From the human T2T-CHM13v2.0 reference genome, Homo sapiens, in contig CP068257.2 of assembly GCA_009914755.4 (NCBI GenBank), positions 23,776,001 through 23,840,000 on the forward strand: a stretch of 64,000 bases of DNA, given 5' to 3'. Below the pieces are notes generated by a model. It was given only the letters and a program-made list of their open reading frames with translations. It was not told where the DNA came from and did no database searches. Position numbers and translations under genes: made by a program. Positions 56,445 to 64,000 of this stretch are shown piece by piece. How positions within the stretch are numbered: the stretch's first letter is position 1; every line of letters starts with the position of its first letter.

Positions 56445-57446
56445 CCACAATTACTAGAGATCCTATAATCGACCCCTTATCTCATGATGATCATCATGAC
56501 CGTTTTCCCTGACTGAGCTCTGACAAATATAATCCCAACAGTGAGGTCTTTCCAAGCCCATTGTAAAACTGAATCAACTCAAATACAAGTTAGATAAACA
56601 TACAAAAATGTTTATGCATTCAAGTATTTAAAAAAGTGGGTACTGAATATTTAGTTCTCATATAATTTCAGTGAGACGAACTATCCCTTGATATTTATAT
56701 ACAGTAATTTTCATTGTTTGGTTGTACACCATATATTTTGATCTTCCACTGGTCTCTCTCCACTCAAATATATCTTCCCCACAATGGCCAGAGTAACTTT
56801 ATAAAACAGAGATTTAATAATGTCTGTTCATTGGTTAAAATCCACTGGTGACTGACTGTACACTGCCTGCTGGATAGAATTCAACTTATTACACCACAAA
56901 CAAACGTCTTTCCTGAAAGTCCCAATATTTCTTTAGAACAACAACTCTCATGGCTGTCCCCCCAAGTACTCTAATCTCCTTTAACACCAAGCTCATTCCT
57001 CTTTTTCACACATCTTACCTTTTCCCACGACCATGCCTTTGCATATAATATAACATACCATCTGTCTAGTCCTTCCTCCCTTCCCTGACTGGTGAACTCT
57101 TACTAATCCTTCAAGGTCCAACCCAAATACTAACTCCTCAGCAAAGTCTTTTCAGCCCTGCTGGGTTAACAGGTGTCTCCAGTGTATGTGTGTGACATTG
57201 TTTCAAAATTTATTTTGCATAAGTATCTACGGACTTCACTCTGTTTTGAGAAGTAGTACCACCGGCTAGCACCGTAGCTGACACATCACAGGAATACATT
57301 AAAAGCTGACTTAATTAACTAATCTGCTCAGACATTCTTAGAAAATGTTCCTCTTCCTCAGCAGTGTTAGTTTTGCTCTTTTCAGGTCATTCAGACACAT
57401 AATGGAAGCTGGGTTCAAATATACATGTGAGGTTTCAAATACTACA

Positions 57447-58175
57447 TGATACAATTTAGATCAGTGTCCCCACCCAAATCTCATGTTGAAATGTAATCCC
57501 CAATGCTGGAAGTGGGGCCTGGTGGGAGGTGATTGGATCATGGGGATGGTTTCTCATGGTTTAACACCACCCCCACTTGGTGCTGTTGTCATCATAGTGA
57601 GTTCTCATGAAATCTGGTTGTTTAAAAGTTTGTAGCACCTCCCACCTCTCTCTCTTCCTTCTACTCTAGCCATGTGAAGTACCAGCTCTCCCTTCACCTT
57701 CTGCCATGATTATACATTTCCCAAGGCCTCCCTAGAAACCGAGCAGATGCCAGCATCATGCTGCCTATACAGCCTGTGGGATCAGGGGCAAATTAAACAT
57801 CTTATCTTTCTTTTATAAATTATCCAGTCTCAGGTATTTCTTCTTTTTTTTTTGACGGAGTCTCACTCTGTCACCCAGGCTGGAGTGCAGTGGCATGATC
57901 TCAGCTCACTGTAACCTCCGCCTCTTGGGTTCAAGTGATTCTCGTGCCTCAGCCTCCTGAGCAGCTGGGATTATAGGTGCACGTCACCACACCTGGCTAA
58001 TTTTTGTATTTTTAGTAGAGACGGGGTTTCGCCATGTTAGCCAAGCTGTTCTCAAACTCCTGACCTCAGGTTATCTGCTTGCCTTGGCCTCCCAAAGTTC
58101 TGGGACTATAGGCATCAGCCACCATGCCCAGCCTCAGGCATTTCTTTATAGCAGTGTGAGAATGGACTAAACCAG
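57447..58175 (+). mobile_element. Solo MaLR LTR (MST-type) interrupted by an antisense Alu
   Basis: tgatacaatttagatcagtgtccccacccaaatctcatgttgaaatgtaatccccaatgctggaagtggggcctggtgggaggtgattggatcatgg...tttataaattatccagtctcaggtatttcttc, then the Alu, then tcaggcatttctttatagcagtgtgagaatggactaaaccag. Confidence 0.85.
57844..58132 (-). mobile_element. Alu SINE (AluS-like), antisense, nested in the MST LTR; 15-bp TSD ctcaggtatttcttc / ctcaggcatttcttt
   Basis: ttttttttttgacggagtctcactctgtcacccaggctggagtgcagtggcatgatctcagctcactgtaacctccgcctcttgggttcaagtgattctcgtgcctcagcctcctgagcagctgggattataggtgcacgtcaccacacctggctaatttttgtatttttagtagagacggggtttcgccatgttagccaagctg...ggcctcccaaagttctgggactataggcatcagccaccatgcccagcc. 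The direct repeat is visible on both flanks. Confidence 0.95.
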
Positions 58176-58308
58176 TGCAGTAAATTTTTTTTTTAATTTG
58201 TGAAAGTGAAAATATATGCTGTGTGACCATAAAAGAGGGGTGTTCAAAAAAACTGATCATGTTGACTTTGAGTAGATTTAATCCATCATTTAAAACTTTT
58301 CCCCAAAG

Positions 58309-58605
58309 CGAGCTGGTCACAGTGGCTCATGCCTGTAATCCTGGAACCTTGGGAGGTGGAGGCAGGAGGATCACTTGAGCCCAGGAGTTCAAGAAAAGCC
58401 TGGGCAGGATAAGGAAACCCCATCTCTACAAAATTTTAAAAATTAGCCTCGTGTAGTGGCATGTGCATGTAGTCTCAGCTACTTGGCAGGCTGAGGTGGG
58501 AGGAATGCTTGAGCATGGGAGGTCAAGGCTGCAATGATCATGCCACTGCACTCCAGCCTGGGCAACAGAGTGAGACCCTGTCTCAACAACAACAATGACA
58601 AAAAT
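58309..58605 (+). mobile_element. Alu SINE (older, AluJ/S-like), sense
   Basis: agctggtcacagtggctcatgcctgtaatcctggaaccttgggaggtggaggcaggaggatcacttgagcccaggagttcaagaaaagcctgggcaggataaggaaaccccatctctacaaaattttaaaaattagcctcgtgtagtggcatgtgcatgtagtctcagctacttggcaggctgaggtgggaggaatgcttgagc...actccagcctgggcaacagagtgagaccctgtctcaacaacaacaatgacaaaaa. Confidence 0.9.
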
Positions 58606-59605
58606 CTATCCCACAAAGAAAACTCCAGACCCAAGAGAACTCTTATCAACATTAAAGAAAGAAATGATATCAAACCCACACACTCAGAGATTAGGAAAAG
58701 AAGGGACACTTCTCAACTCATTTTATGAAGCTAACATAATGATGATACATGCAAGAAAAGTAAAGATCAATATACCTCATGAATGTAGATACAGAAATCC
58801 TAAAAAAAGAATAGCAAGTAGAGTCAAATAATATATAAAAAAGATAATACAGCAAGAGAAAGTGGAATTTATCTCAGCAACACAAGATTGTTTTAACATT
58901 TGAACACTGATCAATATAAATTAACATATTGACAGAATAAGGTGGGAGGGAAATGAATATATCAAAGGACGCAGAAAAGGCATTTGACAAAAAGTGACAC
59001 TTGGTCATGATAAAAACTGACAGCAAAAAAAAAAAAGAAAAGGAATTAAATGAAAAATTCCTAATCAGGTAAATAAAAGTCCCTTAATCTGATAATCTGA
59101 TAAAACCACATCTACACATTACCTACATTACTATTATATTAATGGTGAAATATTGAATGCTTTCCTAGTGAGATACGATATGGTAGGGAAACATAACAAA
59201 GATGTCTACTTATTACCACCTCCATTTAATACTTAAATTCGAATACATGCAATAAAGCAAGGGTGGGAAAGTGTATAAAGATTAGAATGAAAGAAGTAAA
59301 ATGGTCATTATTTGCAGATGACATGGTTGTATACACAGAAAATTTTTTAAACTATTACAAACCATTAGAATTATTAAGTAAACTTAATAAAACATCTAGC
59401 TACAAGAATAATATATGAAAATCAATCATGTTTCTCCTATATTAACAACAATTAGAAAATAAAATTATTTAAAATTCACAATGGCACCATAAATAAAATG
59501 CTTAGGAATAGAAATAAACCTAAGAAAAGTTAAACAAAACCTCTAAAATAAAAATTATGAAACATTGCTTGACAACATTTAACTTCATGTTCTAAAAAAA
59601 AAGCT
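58606..59605 (+). mobile_element. Ancient L1 (L1M-type) ORF2 reverse-transcriptase-region fragment, heavily degraded
   Basis: Peptide ...KKTPDPRELLSTLKKEMISNPHTQRLGKEGTLLNSFYEANIMMIHARKVK.NIPHECRYRNPKKRIASRV... parallels L1 ORF2p ...KKSPGPDGFT.EFYQ...[56 protein letters not shown]. Later segments read ggacgcagaaaaggcatttgacaaaa (DAEKAFDK) and ggtcattatttgcagatgacatggttgtatacacagaaaa (SLFADDMIVY.EN). Confidence 0.7.
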
Positions 59606-59611
59606 AAAAAA

Positions 59612-61786
59612 TTTTTAAATTGTATTTGTAATTGACAGATAATTATATTAATAGGGTAAAATGGGATGTTATAATAAATATATACATTATGGAATGATTA
59701 AATCAGGCTAATTAGCATAGCCATCGCCTCATATATTTATTATTTCTTTGTAATGAGAACATGTAAAATCGACTTTTTAGGCAATTTTGAAATATACAAT
59801 GCATTATTATTAACTGTGGTCCCCAGACCATGCAATAGATCACTAGAACTTATTAATCCTGCCTGATTGAAACTTTGCACCCTTTGATTAACATCTCCCC
59901 TTTCCCCATCCATCCAGCCCTCCAGGCTTTGTAACCACTATTCTACTCTCTATTTCCCAGTTCAACTTTTTTAGATTCCACTTATAAGTGAGATCATGCA
60001 GTATTTTTCTTTCTGTGCCTGGCTTATTCAATTAGCATAATGTCCTCCAGGTTCAACCACATCATCACAAGTGACGGAGTTTCCTTCATTTTTAAGACTG
60101 AATAATAATCCTTTGTGTATATATACCACATTTTATTTATCCATTTATCCACTGATGGGCACTTAGGTTGTTTTCATATCTTGGCTATTGTGAATAATGC
60201 TGCAATTAACATGGGGATGCAAATATTTCCTTGACATATTGTTTTTAATTCCTTTGGATATATATCCAGCAGTGGAATTGCTGAATCATATGGTAATTCT
60301 GTTTTTAGTTTTTTGAGGAGCCTCCATACTGTTTTTCATAATGGCTGTACTAATCTGCATTCTCGCTAACAGTGTACACAGGTTCTTTTTTCTCCACATC
60401 CTCTCCAGAATTTGTTATCTTTCACCTTTTTGATACTAGCCATTCCAATAGGTGTAAGGTGGTTTTAAGTGGCATTTCCCTGATTAGAAATGTTGAGCTT
60501 TTTTTTTTCATTTTTTTTTTTTTTTGGCCACTTGCATGTCTTCTTTTATGAAATGCCTATTCAGGCAGGTCTTTTACCCATTTTAAATCAGGTTTTTTGT
60601 TTTCATGCTGTTAAGTTTCTTATATATTGTGGCTATTAGCCTATCAGATGTATGATATGCAAATACTTTCTTACAATCTATAGGTTGTCTCTTCCTCTCT
60701 GTTGTTTCCTTTGCTGTTCAGAAAGAAACTTTTTAGTTTAGCACAATCCCATTTGTCTATTTTTACTTTCATTGCCTGTGCTTTTGAAGTCATAGCCAAG
60801 AAATGATTGCCCAGACCAATGTCATAGAGCTTTTCTTTATGTTTTCTTCTAGAAGTTTTACAATTTTAAGTCATACGTTTAAGTCTTTAATCCACTTTGA
60901 GTATATGGGGTGATATAAGAATTCAATTTTATTCTTCTGCATGTAGACATCCAGTTTTCTCTTTACCATTTCTCGAAGACACTGTCCTCTCCCCAGTGTA
61001 TTCTTGACACCTTTGTCAAACATCAATTGATCATAAATGCCTGGATTTATTTTGGGGCTCTCTATCCTGTTCCATTGGTCAGTGTGTCTGTTTTATGCCA
61101 TTACCATGCTGTTTTGATTACTATAGCTTTGCAATGCATTTTTCAATAAGGTAATGTCATGCCTTTTGGCTTTTTTCTTTTTGCTCAAAATTGCCTTGGT
61201 TATTTGGGGTCTTCTGTGGCTCTATAAAAAAAAATGTAGGATTGCTTTTTCTATTTCTGTAAAAAGTGATATTTAAAGTTTGATAGAGATTGCATTGAAT
61301 CTGTAGATCACCTTAAGTAGTGTGGGCATTTTAACAATATTCATTCTTTCAATTCATGAACACAGTATAGCTCTCCATTTGTTTGTTTTGTCTTCAGTTT
61401 ATTTCAATGTTTTATAGTTTTCCTTGTAGAGATCTTTTACCTTGTTGGTTAAATTTACTCCTAAGTATTTTTATGCTATTGTAAATGAAATTACCTTCTT
61501 AATTTCTTTTTCAGATAATTTGTTATTAGAGTATGGAAATGCTACTAAATTTTGTATGTTGATTTTTTATTCTGCAACATTACAGGATTTGTTTTTCAGT
61601 TCTAACAGTTTTTTTAGTGGAGTCTTTATTGTTTCTATATATAAGATCATGTCATCAGCAAACAGACAATTTCACTGCATTCTCGCCTATTTGGATGCCT
61701 TTTATTTCTTTTTCCTTCCTAATTGCTCTGACTAGGACTTCCAGTACTATGTTGAATAGAAGTGGTGAGAGTGGGCATTCTTGTCC
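59612..61786 (-). mobile_element. L1 (L1PB/L1MA-like) 3' ~2.2 kb (ORF2 C-terminal half plus 3'UTR), antisense, 5'-truncated inside the RT domain
   Basis: The 3'-UTR reverse complement spans aattgtatttgtaattgacagataattatattaat...tatggaatgattaaatcaggctaattagcatagccatcgcctcatat...ctttgtaaccactattctactctctatttccc.gttcaacttttttagattccacttataagtgagatcatgcagtattttt. The minus-strand ORF 61655-61924 contains [38 protein letters not shown], from the L1 ORF2 RT domain. Confidence 0.9.
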
Positions 61787-62230
61787 TTGACTGGCATGCC
61801 CCCAGGCTAACACAGCAGGCTTGTACATACCTCCCAGGCCTGTAGCCCTACCATCTGCCTCTAGCAGACATGCTCCCACGTTAGCCAAGCTGACATGCAC
61901 CTGTGTCCCAGGCCTGAGAAACATGGCCAGGGGCCACCCAGGATAGTCAAACAGCTATGTAAAGCATCCAGGCCCAATCCATAGGCCACCCCTGGCAGGT
62001 ATGCCCCCAGGCCAGCCAAGCCACTACACAACCATGCCCTTCCTGGCCAAAGTAACAGCCCCATGACCCCAACCCAAGTGAGCCAATGCCAAGTTGGCCA
62101 ACCACTGTGTGCATTAATGCTTCTCTGGCCTGAGAAACAGTTCAGTAAACCCACCCCCAGCAAAGCTGCACCACCACTACCATAAATTCTTTTAGCCTAG
62201 GCTACTGGGACACTTGCAAACATCACTAGC
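61787..62230 (+). repeat. GC-rich block of ~3 degenerate tandem units (each roughly 75-140 bp) immediately 5' of the L1M ORF1. Candidate tandem-monomer 5'UTR of the downstream L1M, or an unrelated minisatellite.
   Basis: Recurring motifs: atgcccccaggctaacacagcaggc / atgctcccacgttagccaagctgacatgcacc / atgcccccaggccagccaagccactacacaacc, and cccaggcctgagaaacatggccaggggccacccagg / tctggcctgagaaacagttcagtaaacccacccccagc. Local GC content is far above that of the surroundings. Confidence 0.5.
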
Positions 62231-64000
62231 CTAGTTTACAACCGAAAAAACTTCATGGAGACTACACTACTGTACCCACCTTAAACTAAAGTCAATTCAC
62301 CCCCACTGAACTGACACGTCAAGACTCATGTATATAAATACATTTTTCCCTATGAAAACCCTGTAAAATTGGAAGAGGTGACTGACTATTCCACCAGATG
62401 CACAGAAATCAACATAGAAACATATCAAACATTAAAAACAAAAAAATGACACCTCCAAATGAACACAATAATTTTTCAGTAACAGACCCCAATCATAAGA
62501 AAATAAACAAAATGTCAGAAGGGGAATTCAACATAGTGATCTTAAGGAAACTCATTGAAATATAAAAGAATACAGACAATTCAACAAAATCAGGAAAACA
62601 ATTCATACTTTGAATGAGAAATTCAACAATGGGATAGATATTTAAAAAAATAGAAATCCTAGAGCTGAAGAATCAATAAATAAAATGCCTAAATACAATC
62701 AAGAGTTTCAACAACAGACTAAACCACGCAAAGGAAAGAATTTCTGAACTTGGGGACAGTCTTTTGAAACAACACAGGCAGACAAAAAAAAGAAAAAAAG
62801 TTAAAAAGGAAAAAAGAAAATGTACAGGATTTACGAGACATCAGTAAGTAAACAAATATTCACATTATGGGTGTTACAGAAGGAGAAAAGTATGAAGAAG
62901 TGTAAAAACTTATTTACTAAATTAGTATAACAGCTGAAGACTTCCTAAGTTGTGGGAGAGAGAAGGACATCTAGATCAAGGAAGCTCGAAGAACCTCAAA
63001 TAGATTCAGATCAAACAGGGCCCCTCCAAGGCAGATTATAGTCAAATTGTCAAAAGACAAACACAAAGAAAGAATTCTAAAAACAGCAAGAAAAAAAGCA
63101 TCAAGTCACATATAAGAGAATATGCATTAGGCTAACAATAGATTTCTCAGCAGAAATTACAGGCTGGGAGAGAGTGGGATGCTACAGTCCAAGTACTGAA
63201 AGAAAAAACAGATAGCTAAAAATTATATACCCAGCAAAGCTATCTTTCAAAAATGAAGGAGGAATCGAACCATTCCCAGATAAGTAAAAACTAAGGGAAT
63301 TTTTTACCACTAGACTGGCCTTACAATAAATGCTCAAAGGAGTCTTACATCTGGAAGTAAAAAGACAATAACCACCATTATGAAACATGCAAAACTATAA
63401 AACTCACCAGGAAGGCCAATACACAAAAGAGAAAGAGAAAGGAATCAAAACTTATCACTACCAAAATACCACCCAACCATAAAAATAAACAATAATAGAG
63501 GAAGAAAGAAAGAATATATTAAACAATCAGAAAAAGAAACAGTAAAATGACACAAATAAGTTCTTACCTATCAATAATAACCTTGAATGTAAATGAATTA
63601 AATTTCCCATTTAAAAGATATAGATGAGCTGAACAGATTTCTTTTAAAAAATACCCAACTACATGCTGCCTATAAGAAATTCATCTCAGCTGTAAAGACA
63701 CACATAGATTGAGAGTGAAGGGATGGAAAAAGATATTCCACACAAATAAAAACCAAAAGTGAGCAGGAGTAGCTATACATATATCAGACAAAACAGTTCA
63801 AGTCAAAAAACCTGTGAAAAAGAGGCAAACAGCGGCAATATATGATAATAAAAGGACCAATTCAGCAAGAAAATATAGCAAATGTAAATATATATGCACC
63901 CAACACTGGAGCACTCAGACATATAAAGCAAATATTATTAGATTGAAACAGACAGATAGACCCCAATACAATAATATTAATAGTTAAAGACTTCAATACT
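62231..64000 (+). mobile_element. Ancient L1 (L1MA/L1MB-like) 5' portion: ORF1 remnant, inter-ORF region and start of ORF2 (EN domain). It runs off the window end.
   Basis: ORF1-like: ...caattcaacaaaatcaggaaaacaattcatactttgaatgagaaattcaacaatgggatagatat...gaaatcctagagctgaagaatcaataaataaaatgcctaaatacaatcaagagtttcaacaacagactaaaccacgcaaaggaaagaatttctgaacttggggacag.c.tttgaaa... and ...tgctacagtccaagtactgaaagaaaaaacagatagc..aaaattatatacccagcaaagctatctttcaaaaatgaaggaggaat.gaaccattcccagataagtaaaaactaagggaattttttaccactagactggccttacaa.aaatgctcaaaggagtc. ORF2 start: atgacacaaataagttcttacctatcaataataaccttgaatgtaaatgaattaaatttcccatttaaaagatatagatgagctgaa...aaagacacacatagattgagagtgaagggatggaaaaagatattccacacaaataaaaaccaaaagtgagcaggagtagctatacatatatcagacaaaacag. 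Confidence 0.85.

Overview
This window is primate (almost certainly human) nuclear DNA, not a prokaryotic locus. It is an AT-rich, gene-poor stretch with no CpG island, and roughly 45% of it is recognisable interspersed repeats. I see no protein-coding exon, RNA gene or defence/biosynthetic system. Nearly all entries in the six-frame ORF track are chance ORFs or translations of transposon remnants (L1 ORF1/ORF2, MaLR internal sequence, Alu, microsatellites).

Elements I can support directly:
- Nine Alu SINEs, several with clear target-site duplications (TSDs).
- Two nearly full-length but degenerate L1 elements in tandem on the + strand. One is L1PA-like (~15.8-21.5 kb) with an Alu sitting exactly on its poly-A tail. 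The other is an older L1PB/L1MA-like copy (~22.5-28.1 kb).
- Several truncated L1 3' ends and ORF2 fragments.
- Two full-length LTR-internal-LTR ERVL-MaLR (THE1/MST-type) elements in inverted orientation about 21 kb apart (31.0-33.4 kb on -, 54.1-56.4 kb on +), plus two solo MST LTRs and MLT1 LTR fragments.
- Two MIR SINEs.
- Microsatellites: a ~125-bp (GAAA)n expansion of the middle A-rich linker of an Alu, a compound (GT)n/(TATG)n block, a T26 run, and short (AAAT)n and (TA)n arrays.
- A three-L1 nest at 58.6-64 kb that includes a GC-rich tandem-repeat block immediately 5' of an L1M ORF1.

All calls come from reading the sequence against remembered consensus sequences. Subfamily names and exact boundaries need RepeatMasker/Dfam confirmation. 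I see nothing that supports a novel biological system here.
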